NCBI GenBank assembly: GCA_047495785.1
Contig: JBLDXI010000055.1
Location: forward strand, 310,001 to 374,000
Direction of reading: 5' to 3'
DNA from: Lepidodermella squamata
Lineage: Eukaryota; Animalia; Gastrotricha
Length of the DNA stretch: 64,000 bases
Each line of letters opens with the position of its first letter. The stretch's first letter is position 1. The translations under genes were made by a program, and so were the position numbers. Positions 24,385 through 38,972 of this stretch are shown one piece after another. Under the pieces are notes generated by a model, which did not search any database, was not told the origin of the DNA, and worked only from the letters and a program-made list of their open reading frames with translations.

Positions 24385-25592
24385 TTACTCAGCTTGCACA
24401 TCATTTTCCATCTCCATGTCTTCCAACTCAACGTCCGAAACAGGTTCATCTCCACCTGAACCGTCGCCGTCGACCTTGGCTTTCTTCGCTCCCTTGGCAT
24501 CACGATCTCGCAGCGCCTTGACGCGCTTACCAGCAGTGAACTTGTCCAACTCCTGTCGCTGCATATGGATTCTACCGATCTTGGAACCAAATACATCTTT
24601 GGAGATGTTTTTGACTTTTTTAGGCTGAAAAATTCAGGCTTAAGCAAATAAAATACAAATCACCAATTACTTACATTGGCTTGAGCAGGAACTTTGATGG
24701 CTTGCTGCCACAAACTGTCAGAGGCAAACTTGAATCGATCGACACTGAGATCGAGGCTAGGACCAACTTCTTCCAATTCAACACGCGGCAATTTTGTGGA
24801 CGACTTCTTGAAAACTATCCTATAGCTTCTCAGGTATAAGATGTTCGAAATTATTGTGATGCTGATCAAATGTTCAACGCCAGCCAATCGAATTTTTTGA
24901 ACTTCTTGTCCTTTGAAAAAGTCTAAAAAGAGCTTTTTAGTTTCGGTTACAGCTCGAGAAAGGCCAAGCCTTACCAATCAAGATGTTTCCGATCCTCGCC
25001 ATGTTCGCATCAGTTTTGAATTCACTACCGTTGAGCACAACGCATGGTTTGGTGCCAAGGGCAACGCTTCCGTTCTGGATGAAAAAATATTCGTTAACCA
25101 CAGTTGAGCATTGTAAGATAAATCATACGTTAAACTGGCTACAGAGCTTGTGCTTCAATACTTTGAATTCTACGCTGTCCAGAAGGTGCGAATCGAACAA
25201 ACGTCCAAAAACCAAATTGCAAGGTCGTTTTTTAGAATGTGTTCCAACAACAAAGTTGCTGCATCCTGTTTTCGCGCAGAACCGCTCGACATGTGTATCA
25301 TCTTCCAGTACATGCAGTGGCTTAACAGATTTGACAGACGTGCTCTCAGGTTTCCGCAGAGCGCACAGATCCTTCATGATAGCTCGGGTTTCTTCATTAC
25401 AGTTAGGTCCGCTCATGAACAGACTTGATCGACCTTCCTCGAATATTTTAGGCTCTCGACTTTTGAGAAACCGCTTGCCGCGATGGGTTCGGGGCTTCCT
25501 TCATTTATAAAAAAGGCGAATGTATAGGATAGCTAATTCTATCAGACAATGGCAAACTTTAGCTTATCTGCTAGATTACTCGTGGCAACCAT
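24385..25592 (-). CDS. RPF2: Ribosome production factor 2 (Brix domain)
   Basis: KPRTHRGKRFLKSREPK, HSKKRP, LPRVELEEVGPSLD, PKKVKNISKD. Short GT-AG introns. Confidence 0.92.
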
Positions 25593-26846
25593 TTTCAGCT
25601 GTATAAAATACTTGTCTAAATAATCCAAATCGAACGAAGTAGTTGAAAGTCAACATGAAATCTGCAAGTATTGCACTTCAGATGCGTAAGGATATCAGCC
25701 ATTTTGGGGATCCATTTTATGCCCAGTTCTACGAGGCAGCCAGTCATCTCGCCTCTGGTACCGCCGGAAAATCGAGCAAAACCGTGCGCGCTTCAAACTT
25801 CTAAAAAACTTGGACTTTTCCACCACGTGATTAATTTTTTCTCATGACGAAATCGTTGAAAACGTCTGCAATGTCATTTGGATTAAGAAAAACATATTTT
25901 CAATTTAATTAAATATGAAAAGCAAATATATATCATTTCTCATAATCCCCGGCGGTCTGATGAATCCTTTGCCAAAAGTCTTTGGGTCCAAAGGGTTAAG
26001 GCCTAACTTGTAGCGATCTTGCATGAACCTCTGCATCTATCTGCCGGCATGACTAATATTTCATGGTTCATGGCAGTTTAGTTCCCCTCAAATTCAACAA
26101 TTAAAGAGAGGAAATGTGAAGTTTGACGCAACAGCGCGCTCGTACGCTGAGTTGTGCCCTGGCTCCATTTCGATTTTTAGCTCAGCTCATACCAGTGACC
26201 GAAGACCGAGTACGGATTGACCATTTTGCATTGAGCACATTCTTTCACGACTGACGTTATCCGGTTCCTTTTATGATCAAACTTCAAGCTCAAGTTTCAA
26301 TGGTTTCTTATTTTTCGTAGCAATGCCTCCTAAGTAATCCCGTTTTTTCAATCCGCTCCTAATTTAATGCTATGAAAAATTCTCGAGAGTTTAGAGACTG
26401 GAGCTGTGGGATTTAATCGTACTATTTTATTCCGGAAGTGTTATCGCCACCTGTGTCAAAACGCATAATAGCAAAACGAGTACTCAACTTCCTACGGTTT
26501 ACGACATCTCCTTCCCTATCTTGTATCTTTCATCGGATTCCAGCTTCTTCCACAACCCTGAGCTTTAACCCAACTTGTTTTACTGAATACTGAATATGGA
26601 GGAAGACAATTTGATCGAGCAACCTTATGTATTTATGTAATTCGTTATGAATTTCAAAGTTGTTCACTTGTCAACGACATTTTAATCTTGAATTGATCTT
26701 TCGACGCTGAACTCTAGCAAAATAACCATTATTTCATATATTTCATTTGATGGGCAGCTTTTCACTGCAATTTTACATATATTTCTATCAATTTTTCAAT
26801 TTCTAGTCTCATTTTTTCGAATTCAGTTGATTCAAGAACTGACGCG

Positions 26847-28250
26847 ATGTCATCTGAATCTAATCTTAAACAGCATCTCAAGCAGGTAAGTATTTATATC
26901 ATCACTACCAATCAACCGGAAAATAACTTTTTCAACAGCTGAAATACAAGCACGTCGACTTGGCTATTCGAGATGCTCTGCCTGTTTTGAATTCATACAA
27001 GTCTTTAATTGTGGGAAAAGAGCAAGCTGTTCTTCCGCTAACTTCTGGGCCAAAAGACTATGTAATTTTAAGCGGAACCATTCCTGTGCATTACAAAGGT
27101 AGATATTGAAGTAATAACCTGCGCGTATGTAGTTACTTATACGATTACTAGGTGCGTCTTACAATATTCCCATATGCATGTTTCTGTTGGAAACGCATCC
27201 GTATAACCCGCCTGTGGTATTTGTGAGACCTACACCGGATATGGTCATAGCGGAATCGCGCCATGTCGATCGCCAGGGTCGCGTATATTTGCCATATCTA
27301 GCCGAATGGAAACACGTTGGTTTACTTATCTTTCTATTTGCCAGCTTCATTTATTTTTTGTTAAAACCGAACAGCCCGCATCCGACATAAGCGGCCTCAT
27401 TCAAGTGATGTCGATTATTTTCTCGGATAATATGCCTGTTTACAGCCGCCCTGCTGGTACTCCAGCCCCACCTGCCTCTCAGCCTCCATCACAGTTGCCT
27501 TACCCATGGCCGAATCAGCAGTCTCAACCTCAGCCTCCTTACCCAGCCGCGCAAGGTTTTTATCCTCCGCAACCTCAGACACCCATGTATCCCCATGTCA
27601 ATAACACCCCACCTGTGAATACACCACCAGCTGCATCGAACAATCTGCCTTATCCAGTAGGACCTAGCGCTCAACCCGCAAATTCATGGTCTCAACCTCA
27701 AGCTGGGCTGAACCAGACACAAATTTCGCAAGACGAAATAAAAGCCAGCCTGATTTGGGCAGTAGAGGACAAGTTAAAGCGGAAATTTCGCGACGATTAC
27801 GACCAACTTAGTACAGAGCTAGCATCGCTAAGACAAACCAACACCGAACTGGTTTCTGGTCGAAAGCAAATAGAAAATATTCTTCAGAATATCGAGTCAG
27901 AAAAACGGGATGTTATTACGAGAACACAAGCTATTGAAGAAAAGCGAAAGGAAGTTGAAGCTGCTTTGACTCGTTTAAAAACCACAAAAATGCCTCCGAT
28001 CGACGAAGTTGTTACCGCTCCGTATCCTCTTTATCGTCAGCTATTAGACGCTCATGCTGAAGACTTGGCTATTGAAGATGCAATCTACCACCTTGGTGAC
28101 GCTTTGGGTAGGAATAAAATCACTATCGAAGTATACCTAAAGAAAGTTCGAGAGCTATCTGCTCGTCAATTTATGATGCGAGCATTGGTGGACAAGTGTC
28201 GACTGGTCGCCGGCCTTCCTGCAGTAACATCGGCATCAAATGCTCATTAG
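26847..28250 (+). CDS. TSG101: ESCRT-I subunit TSG101
   Basis: UEV domain (GTIPVHYK, YNIPI, HPYNPP, GRVYLPYL), Pro-rich region, coiled coil and steadiness box (YRQLL...AIEDAIY). Confidence 0.95.
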
Positions 28251-29014
28251 TTGAATTTTTAATGTTACCTAGTAATCAGGAATCATACAGCTGCTGAAGA
28301 AAAAGAATACTGTAACTGTTCAACAGCTGCGTGTCTCGAAATACATGTGTGTTTCAATCAAACAAAATATGCTTAACTGATGACGAGATAACATTTGTAT
28401 TATAATTATCATTATTACCTATGCTACTTCTTCATTATTTTAAATCAAGCTGTGCAGTACCTATTTCGCGTGCGTAATATTTTGTGTCAAAGCTATGTAT
28501 GAGAAAAGTAACTCGCCACTTGATATTGTATATGCAACTGCTTATTTTGATGGCGGTGTCTTGTCTACCAGATTTATTTTTTTGTACGTTCATTGAATGC
28601 TTTCATCTGTTTTTCTCGACTGTCACAATTTCATTGTTTATGGCCAGTCATCATTCTGTGCCGGTGTGTTCCGGTGTCCCTAACTACCCTAGCTGTTGTA
28701 GACATGAACAGAGAATTCGATTTAATAAAATACGCTTGCTTGATGTGTCATTACTTTTGTCCGAAATCAGAATCATCTCGGCTAAAACAGGTGGTGGCTT
28801 TGTTTGCGCCTAACTTTCCACAGGTGTCAACCAGATTCCTGAATTCACGTGAACAGTACCATTTTTTCAATGCAGGTATATGATATGCAGGTATCAGTTG
28901 AGAATAATTACCTTATCTCGCGACGCCCTCGAGTCACACCCTTTTTTCTCAACAAAACCGTTGACCCAAGAAGTTCGACATTAGTTATTACGATTACAAG
29001 CCAACATTTTCCTC

Positions 29015-30007
29015 ATGTACAACACCAGTTCAAAAGCGCTTTGTCTTGTGGTGCTTTTCGGTCTGATTTTTCAGGCAAACAGCGAGCCAGCTAAATGTGC
29101 TGACGGTGTAACACAGTGCGATGGTTGCCAGTGCTGCCCGGATCTTAAGCGTTGTCCTAACGCTAACAACTGCCCAGCCTCGTTTTCTTGCCCAAATGAC
29201 GGTTCAACTGGCGGTGGAAACACCGGCGGCTCGGGTGGCTCGGGCACTGGTGGCGGCAGTACAGGCGGGAATGCCGGAGAGCATATTATGACTTTCTCTA
29301 ACAAATGCCCACATGACATCTGGATTGGTGCCCTCGGCGCACCCGGGAAGTTGATGCCGCGCAATGGAGGTTGGTTGATGAAAAAGGGGGATCCTGATGT
29401 AAAGCTTTCTCTCCCCCTGGAATGGTCCGGGCGATTTTGGGGCAGAACTGATTGCGCGGAGACAGGAAACGGTCAGTTTTACTGTGTTACCGGTGATTGT
29501 GGGCGCCGTTTTGAATGCCAAGGTGCTGGTGGCGAACCTCCTGTCACCCTAGCTGAATTCACATTCAACGCCCACGGAGGTCTTGATTACTACGACGTCT
29601 CGCTTGTTGACGGCTACAATCTGCCTGTTCAGATCAGGCCAGTTGACGGAACCTACGTACCCGGTTCAGGAATTTGCGAATCCTGTGGCTGCGACAAGGA
29701 TTTGAATAAGGATTGCCCTGCCGAGCTCCGTCAAATTCACAACGGTAAGACTGTCGCCTGTAACAGCGCTTGCGCGGCGTTCAAAGAAAATCGCTACTGC
29801 TGTCATGGCGAATATGACTGCTCACCACACGGAGTTTGCAGCGGTGGCAAAATGCCTTGTGACCCCCAAACCTGGCCGGTAAACTACGCGCAAATTTTCA
29901 AGAACGCCTGTCCCACCTCATACAGTTACGCATACGATGACCCGTCCAGCACGTTCACCTGCACCGGCAAGCCGCAGGTCAATTACGAAATTATTTTCTG
30001 CCCTTGA
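29015..30007 (+). CDS. Secreted thaumatin-like (PR-5) protein with N-terminal Cys-rich module and Gly/Ser linker
   Basis: WSGRFWGRT, PVTLAEFT, DYYDVSLVDGYN, CPTSYSYAYDD. Intronless ORF. Confidence 0.92.
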   Translation: MYNTSSKALCLVVLFGLIFQANSEPAKCADGVTQCDGCQCCPDLKRCPNANNCPASFSCPNDGSTGGGNTGGSGGSGTGGGSTGGNAGEHIMTFSNKCPHDIWIGALGAPGKLMPRNGGWLMKKGDPDVKLSLPLEWSGRFWGRTDCAETGNGQFYCVTGDCGRRFECQGAGGEPPVTLAEFTFNAHGGLDYYDVSLVDGYNLPVQIRPVDGTYVPGSGICESCGCDKDLNKDCPAELRQIHNGKTVACNSACAAFKENRYCCHGEYDCSPHGVCSGGKMPCDPQTWPVNYAQIFKNACPTSYSYAYDDPSSTFTCTGKPQVNYEIIFCP

Positions 30008-31743
30008 CTTCGCCATTAAGTTTCCGACTCTTGTTGAGCTTGCTTGATGCTGTAAATAAAACTATAATAACTTGCACTGAGAGGTTCCGCCTCAATAAGT
30101 AGGTATTATGTCAAAGTATTATGTTGCACTGCCCTGAAAGTTTTGGTGTTATGGGGAAAGTCTTTTTGGAAACATCCAAGACATTTGAAATTTTGTGGAA
30201 GAAATCACAGCGTAGTGGTATAGGTACTGTTAAATGAGTTTTATAGTCAAATTCCGATTCTGAAAATTGAATTTAGCTTCGACTTTGATCTCGACTGACC
30301 TCCTTTACATTCCTTGAGTCTTCCAGGTTTTCACAAAAATTACATTGCCATGCCTTAACGTAAACAAGTTTCTCTCACATTTTCTATCAGGTCTAAGTCG
30401 CTCCCTGTATTGGTATAATTAGGTATAGGAACTTTCAACAGGAATCTGCGATTGAAAAATGAAGACAACTGTTGGTATCACATGTTTATTGCTTCAACAA
30501 ATCCGAAAAATAACAATATATATCTCCAAAATTCGAATAAACTTCAGTCAAACTACGTTTCGCAATAACGAAATAAAAAATTACAACTCATGGCATGTTC
30601 ATGTGAGCAGCATCAAGTTTGAAAACAGCGTCAATGTCTTTGAAATATCTTCTCCATATCACGGTTTGACACGCGGATGAGCTATGACTAATCTTTTGAT
30701 GAATTTGGAAGAGCGTCAATTGCTAATGAGGAACACACCGAACAGCCAGCTCAGCTGTCATCATCTGAAATTGAGAAAGAACAATTAGCAATCAAGTAAA
30801 ATAAACAAAATCCTGGCCTGCAATTCTTGTTGCTAAACTTTAGACGAAAAATCAAATCTTTCATACCAAATTTTGAATCGGGCGATTAACTATCAGCGCC
30901 AAATCTTCAGGATAATCATCTTTGTTGAAGCAGTTTGATTTGGATTGGTTTCATCATCATCAATTTTGCAAAAATCTGGACAATTTTCTGTAAAAAAGCT
31001 CGATCGGTCTTGCGAAACAAACGTTAACTGAAAATTTGATTCAATTTGTAAGAAACAAAAATCAAGGCTAAAATTGGAAGAAAAATGTAAAATTAGGCTG
31101 GAAAAAAATCACAAGAGACTCGCCGAAATTTACTTACTAATTTGGAAGCCAATTTCGACTCAATTTTTATTATTAGTTTTATTATCAAAACTGTTGACAA
31201 ATTCGAATGCTCTTGATGATAATTTGATGGGCTTTTTAATCATTTTCACAAGACAGTTATGATAGCATGAAGTTTTGTTATCATCCAATATTGTCACTTG
31301 AGTCGATCGCGTGGCTTTTCACGTTGCTTATCATCAATGCTGTGATTCCACCCATCGTTACGGAAAATCAGAACAGGTAAATATTTTGTTTACAAAAATG
31401 ACTCTCGCAAGTAATGAGACCACCTGCGAGAATACGCTCGAAAAAAACCAAAACAGAAGTTCACACACATTGAATTTTATCAACAGACTTTTACAATTTT
31501 AGGTGGGTCGCTTCACAAGCATTACAGAGACCCAGAAAAAACTCATTTGTTTCATAGAGTAATTGTAATTCACAGATTTACAGAAAAATGAACGTAGTAA
31601 CTAGCAAGTTTGTTGTTATTGATTTTTCATTTTTTTTTTTACAAAATAAACTGGTCCTACAACTGATGGTTCGTTAACGTAGGTTATGGATATTTTTGCG
31701 TGATTAACACAACTTCTCCTCCTTAGGCTTCAACTCTTCCTTA

Positions 31744-34139
31744 CTATTGCCACCCCTCGCCGAAGTTGTTGCTGTACCACTGCTGCTGTTGCGCTCCGTT
31801 TTGGTCGTGGCCATAACCGTTGCCTTGTTCGAGCTCCATGTCGCCATAGCCGCCGCCGGCTTGGTACAGTGGCGGAGGGACGGCACCAGGAGGAGTTAGC
31901 TTAGCCTGTTTAGCCCCCGCACCCCTACCATTACTACTAGGAGTGGCGGCGTTCGGCCGTTTCATACCTGCCCGATTCGACGGAGCACCGCGACCAGCTG
32001 CGCCTCGAGCTACCGGACTTCCACGAGGAGCGCCGGGTTTCCCGCGATTCTGATTTCAACAGAAAATTTCATTATCCCACAACTATAAAAAGAAATGACT
32101 TACGGATTGACCACGTGCAGCAGACTGGGGAGCATATGACTGCGGGGCAGCGGCGTATCCACCGTTGGCATACATAGCCGAATAATCGTAACCCTCATAA
32201 CCTGGGTACGGAGCAGCGTAACCGCCGACATATCCACCGTACGCTACAGGAGCAGCTCCAGCAGCAGCCGCAGCGTTCGGGTCCTCGTGAGATGGGTAGA
32301 GAGGAGGCGGCGGGGGAGGTGGCGCTTGTCCATGAGTCGGGGCAGCCTGACCTTGGCTGTAATCGTATGCATCGTAAGGCGATGAATAGTACTCGTGATG
32401 TTGGTTGGGATCAGCTGTAGCAGCGGCGTATCCTCCAGTGTAACCGCCGTATCCACCATACGCACCCTGGCTGGGCGGTGGGGGCCTTGGGGCGGACGGG
32501 TAGTGAGGTGGTGGCGGACGCGGAGCAGAAGGGTAGGAAACTGGAGCGCCCCGAGGAGCACCACGGCCCGGAGCTCCACCACGAGCGCCGCGCATACCGC
32601 CCCGCATGCCTCGACCGCGGGGTCCGCCAGGGCCGCCGCCACCTCGCATCATCATGCGAGGAGGTTGACCACCCATACCGTCGTAGCCGTAGCCATAACC
32701 AGGAGCCGCACCGCCGAAAGACCGAGCTGCCGCCATTTGTTCCAATTGTTTCTTTCTTTCCTCTTTTTTCTTCTGATACTCTTCGGTTTGCGGCCGAGCG
32801 AGGGTGACATCAAGAGGGACACCTCCCATCAAGCAGCCATTAAGGGCCTTGAGGGCAGCGAGAGCGTGAGGCCGTTCCTTGTATGTGACGAAAGCGTAGT
32901 CCTTAATTTTCTTGCACTTCTCGAGAGGACCAAACTCAGCGGCTTTCTGAGCTAGGACCTCCTCAGTGACTTCTTCCTTCAGATTCTTAACGTACAAAAC
33001 TTTGACTTTCGACATGATTTCAGCATCAGGTTCTTGGATTGGATCGGCCCAATCAGCAACGACGGTTCTGCCGAAGATCAAGCCTTGGCCAGTAGTGAAA
33101 CGCCGGCGAGCAGCTGAGGCGTTCTTGTGGCAATCGTAGTCAGCAAAGCAGAAGCCTCGGTTTTTTACTCGATCATCATTGATGTCTGCATAAACAATGA
33201 CGTCATTACAACCATCTGTGGCCTTTCTCACTTCTTCGAGAATTTCTTCCTTCGACTTATTCTTTGGCAGATTGCCGATAAACAGTCGAGTGTTTTGATA
33301 AGATGAGTTCACCTTCATTTTCTTTCCGCGAACTTCGAAGCCATTCATCTAAATTATGCATATATATAAATCAAGAACCAATATCACTAATGAATCGATG
33401 CCTACCTCTCTAAGCGCCGCTTCAGCAGATTGCCGTTCGACGAAATTGATAAAAGCGAAGCCTTTGTGGCCAGGGGGAGGGCAAAATTGACCAGATGGAT
33501 CAAGCATGATGCGAGAGTCGTAAATGGGACCAAATCGTTCGAACAGTGGAATCAGCTCATCTTCGAAAATGTCGTATGGCAAGTGACCGATAAATATTTC
33601 ATTGGTCGGAGGAGGGCCTTCCCAATCTGGAATCGGACCCAAATGGCGTTGACCAGATGTTATTTCCAAAGGCATGCCAAGTCGATTTCTGAGCTCCTCG
33701 ATTTTCAAGTTGTCGGGGCCTTTGATTTGAGAATGAGCAGAATTGCCCGTGTGAGTCGGAGGGAGAGAGCGCAGTTTGAATGATTTCATCATCCCACACA
33801 GGTAAGCAACACGATTCTTGGGCGTAGCAGTCGTTGGATTGGTGACGAGCTCTTGCAAGCATGCCAAAGCTCCGATCTCACCTACCTCCCTGATAGTGTC
33901 CAACGCAGTTTCGTCGATTTCGCTTTCGTCCAAAATGCCTATTAACAGTTAATGTAATAATGTCATTAGGTATGTTCGCCATGAATTTTACCATTGGCAG
34001 CTGCTTCCGCGACTTTAGTAGCAACATTCGGGGGCAAACCAGCGGCGATAAATCTGGACTTTAAAGCGCCAGCGTAATCTTTTGATTCTTCTGCTTGAAC
34101 ATCACTGCAAAAATCTTGAGCGTTGTTGCCAGGAATCAT
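31744..34139 (-). CDS. SYNCRIP: hnRNP Q/R (SYNCRIP-like) RNA-binding protein
   Basis: Acidic N-terminal domain, three RRMs (TRLFIGNLPK, KNRGFCF, VKVLYVKNL), RGG region, end ...WYSNNFGEGWQ*. Confidence 0.9.
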
Positions 34140-36611
34140 TTTTAAATCGAACTAGGGAAATGAAATGAAAACTTTAAATCAACCAAATAGGTATATACCT
34201 CTGAAAAAAATAAGAATTAATGGGACGCATGTACCGTTTATGGCAAAATAGAAACTTAACAAGTTCACGTTCAAATGCTAAAAAATCATCATCATAGGTT
34301 GGAAACTGAGAAGTTCATCTTGGCTTCGTGAAAATGAGCAGCGCATGACAATAAAGTCTCGAAGATAAATGATAATAGAACCGATGTGCAAGAAAGCTTT
34401 GATATCTCGAGCTTCGAGCTTCATCCTGGATCGAGAAACATTTCGCTCAGGCTTTATAAAATGTTCGGGTAAGGAGTGATGGTGGTATTTATTTAATGGA
34501 AAAACTGAACGAGTATGACGCATGAATGTGGAAATCGTCAATTCAGTGCTAGAAGTTTAACAAAATTGAAGTTGTGCACAGACATCTATCCAAGATAGTC
34601 TAGTAACCTATGAACTTTCCGACGACATTAAAAGAAAAAAGAACAAAGAGCGAACCAACTCCGATCATGAATCATGTTTTACAAACACGGAATGCGAATT
34701 AAGTTTCTACGTGAATTTCCACCTGAATCCTCATCGATACGTTCAAATAAACCATTTACCATGGCGATAAACAAAATACACAGGCGAAAGGCCCGGTCAT
34801 TCATCATTCATAGGTGAAAAAACGAGTCTTCCATTGCTCAAAAACGATCAAGGCGAGCGTCAGAGGAGCGGCCAAACCAGGCTTTGTTACTGCGATCACC
34901 ATTTAGAAACCGCCTCTCGCCTCTCACCTCTTACCTGTGGTGGGACATTCAGCTACCAGGGCAAAAAATGGGAAAAATCAACAGAAAAAAAACCAACCAT
35001 GCGGCGGCCATGGCGCAAAAACGTCTTGCAACGACTCAGCATTGTGGTTTCGACATTAGCCCAATTTTTACAAATTTAAAAAATCGTGAAATAATACTTT
35101 TTAATTATAATTTGATGTTATGGAGAAAAATATGGAAATTTATTAGCACGTATAAAGGGCTAGTCTGACAAAAGACAGCTGTTCGCATCGGGTCTGAGAA
35201 ATCTTGGCAGACCGCATGTGGTACATCTCGGGCATCGGGCATCCCCTAGTCGCAACTCTCGACTCGAGCGACAGCCGACTGCCTGGTATTGTACTCGTGA
35301 AATCTTGACGGCACCGCTGCTCGCTGCTCTCAATTTTTCCAACTTAAACTCGCGAATTTTTACGCATTGCTCATTGCTCCTGAATCTTTATATGAATATT
35401 GCGGATTGCGAGCGTGCTCGCTTGAATCCTGTTTATCCTTTGGTCCTTGCATCTTATGCTTCGTTGCTAGCAATTGAACTTGGAGACTTCATCTTTTTGC
35501 TTTACTTTTGATTTGTTGGCTACAGAATTTGATTTCTTCGGACTTTCGGTTGACATGATTGATTGGTGATAGCGATGAGCGACAAACTCGCCAGCAGCGC
35601 AAAAAGAGAAGCTGCCTGATTAATTTGGCATCATCAGAGCTGCTAAGGTGCATTTAACGTGTACTGATAACTTGAACGCTATATCTCAATGTTGACGGAA
35701 GAAATATGCAATGGGTTGTTGGTGTGAGATGGCTACATTTTTCCAGGTTAATTAATACTGCTACTCTCAAGTGCTTTTCAGGTTTTCCATTTATTCACTT
35801 CTCTCACTGCTTTCACTAGATTAATAAAATGGAGGATATAGGATATAGAAACGCGAAACACTTGGAAGAAGTGACGCGCGTCTCTGTTCTCCGAGTGCTG
35901 TTGGCGCTACTGAATTTGTCAAATTTGATGAAGTTTAAATGGGAAGGGGTTTGAGGGTGTTTATAAGAATTCTTTAGCCTACTATCTGCTAGCTAACAAG
36001 TAAAATCTAAAATACTGTGGAATTTCTACTTTTGGACTGAAGGACCCAATGCGGCGAGATGGAAAATCGGCCCACGGCTGGCCTTAGTTTGAAATTAACC
36101 AGTCGATTTCTAATTGTGACTGTCCGCTAGAAAAGCTATATTTATGTTCCCGTTACAACAGCGACACCCAATTATAGAAATCACAAATCACAATGGCGCC
36201 GATTTTAGGCCTTCTGACCGCGCTTCTCACTACCTGCTTTCTACCTTCCGCCGAATAGATGCATTGAGCCTGTCATTATGTCTAAAATAAAATATCGTTG
36301 TTCAATCTAAATTTTGATACCGAATACTGAATCATTAGCATGTAAGATGTCTAGGTAGAAATATTGCTGACACTAATATTCACATATCTATCGCAAATCG
36401 GGTGGGGCTGGCTGCTGTCTCGCTTGGGATAACTTTGCTTTCATATTTGAATCAGAATTATTCTGTTTGCTGCATTCTTCGCTGCATTCCGGAGAACCCA
36501 TTCAATTTTACGAGAGTAAATTTCTATTATTTTTACTATATATTCTGTTACCTTGAAGGTAGGATAAAGAGTATTATTTATCTTTTGAACAACTCTGGCA
36601 ATTTTGCTGCA

Positions 36612-36958
36612 ATGGCTGGCTTTTGCTGCATTCCTTTGAATGAAAACGAGCAAGTAAGTTTTATATGAACAGTTTTGTTCATCAAATTGCTTTGGTCTTT
36701 TCGCAGCAATCTATCCGTCGCTTTGATAAATCTCAAATTGGCTTGCCCCAGAATTTTGTTCATGTCGCTCACATGTCTCACACAACGACGTCCACGGAAG
36801 CTGATAGCTTGGCAAAGGTTATGCAAGCGAAGCCACAACCACATCAGATTTTTCTGGCACAACCTCGTCCTAATAATACGCGAGAGATGGTTTACCAGTC
36901 GAGGCCTATGAACTTTTCAAATAGCAGCAATCAGCCTGTGTCAGCTGCAAGCACTTGA
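36612..36958 (+). CDS. CDC42SE: CDC42 small effector (SPEC)
   Basis: Exon 1 MAGFCCIPLNENEQ splices (gtaagt...cgcag) to QSIRRFDKSQIGLPQNFVHVAHM, a CRIB motif. The N-terminal CC is typical of SPECs. Confidence 0.85.
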
Positions 36959-37908
36959 TTCCCATTACGAAAAAACACGTTTGCTCATTCTACTTTCTCG
37001 CCGTTTGTTGTTTATATATACGTGTCAAACAGTAATTTGGCTCACTGTAAATTTTGAGCCATTGTTACCTTGTTTGCGAAGCAGCTTATTCCTATTAAGT
37101 TTTACCCTCTCGTATTTTGATACGTTTGCACATTTATAATTTTCGCATTGAAGTCTATAAGACGTCTCGTTGTTTGAAACGAATTACTTTATTCTGGACG
37201 TGTCTCGCAACATTCTTACCTCGAAATTCCGACATGGCCGTGCTCACAATATCATATCGCCATTAAATTTACGTTGGACAGATGCAGCAAGGAAGTGCTT
37301 TCCTTCAATTTTATACGTCGAAGATTTATAAATTCATATATATTTGATGACGCTTTCTTGCCTTAGCGTTTATTAACCCTCGTATTACGACAGGTGTTCT
37401 GATATCGTTTTCCAATGGATTGTATGGGATGCAATCTATGTGCTTTCTCGCTTTCGTTAACATATCAAATTCATAATTATAAATCAATTTTAATTCCTTG
37501 AAAAGGATGAAAACCTACGGTTGTTGCTCTAACGAAATTTTGCACAATAAAATATGATAGTGAAAATTTGCATTTCTTCTTTGAGGGTGACGCTATACTA
37601 TCACGTTTCACAATAAAACGCGCTCGCTGACCTTCCGGAAACAGTCATGAACAATTTCCATGACCTGAAAATAGGAAGCAATTGCGGTGTCAGTTAACAA
37701 CTCGTATGCTAATTATTTAAATGTGAAACGTGTGGTAGGGCACACATAATGTGGAAAATACAGGATCAGTAAGATCAAGTGGAACAATAGTGTTTTTATT
37801 ACTATATCGCTCCATCAGAAGCAAGCAAATAATTTGGTGAAAGTCTTATCAGAGCCAATCAACTGTAAGGCAAAATATAGGTAATCCATCGATTGAATGT
37901 TGATGAAA

Positions 37909-38807
37909 TTAACGGAGACACGTCGCATGTCGACCGCCGTCGACTGGAATATGGGCGCCAGTTGTGTAACGAGACGCATCAGAAGCGAGAAACGCGATAG
38001 CATCAGCGACTTCTTCAGGCTTTCCGGGTACTCCAGTGAAAGCTGACAACGGGTGCGTCTCCTTGGTGCGCTCATAAAGGGTCGTCAAACCAGCCTCTGA
38101 AACGCCACCGCGGCGCTGCAGCTCGGTCAGCGTGACACCAGGGCTGTAACAGACCAAAATTAAAATATTATCGGGAAAAATATGATATAAGAAAAATTAC
38201 TTGACAGCATTAACGCGAACACCTTTAGGAGCGAGTTCTAGCGCAGCGCAAGTCGTGATATGATCAAGAGCTGCCTTCGAAATGTTGTAGGCCATAAGAC
38301 CCGGGAAGGCCCGCAGACCATTAACACTCGACACATTGACAATCGTTCCCTTGGTAGCAATCAGATGCGGTACGGCCAGGTGCATGAGGTGCAACGGTGC
38401 CCTGAAAAAAACATTTCAGCGGAATAAAAATTTGGGATAATTAGGCCTCACTTGGTATTTACTTCCATAATTTTATCATATTGCTCCATCAAATTCGGAC
38501 TTTCAATGCTACCAGCTCCAAAAATGCCCGCATTATTGACAAGAACGTCCAGTTTTTTGAAGTGATTGATAGTTTCGGTGACAATGCGCTCCCGGTCGGT
38601 GGCTTTATCTAAATCGGCGATAACCGTGTGAATAGCTGAACCTCCAGCCTCTTTGCACTTGGCCACAGTTTTCTCCAGGCCATCGGCGCTGCGACCCGAT
38701 AATGACAATTGCGCACCCAATTTCGCAAAAGTCACCGCTGTAGCGGCACCAATGCCACTGGAGGCACCAGTAATTAGGCAAACTTTTCCAGCCAACGACA
38801 GTGACAT
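37909..38807 (-). CDS. Classical short-chain dehydrogenase/reductase (FabG-like), array copy 6
   Basis: TGASSGIG, NNAG, YNISK, VDGG. Three exons. Confidence 0.9.
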
Positions 38808-38972
38808 CTCAATAGGACAAAAAACCAATAAAATAACTACAGTAATTTAAACAGGATTGGTTATTTTAGTCAATTAGGCAAGCTACCATCAATTTGTTCA
38901 AAGGTAAAATAAAAGCATCAATAATGAGGTGTTTAAAATAATTCTCTTGAATAGAATAAAATCAGTCAACAA

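Noticed and set aside
25600-26800. Possible ncRNA or piggyBac end (AAAGGGTTAA near 25990) between RPF2 and TSG101
   Set aside because: No matching opposite TIR and no recognisable snRNA or snoRNA signature.
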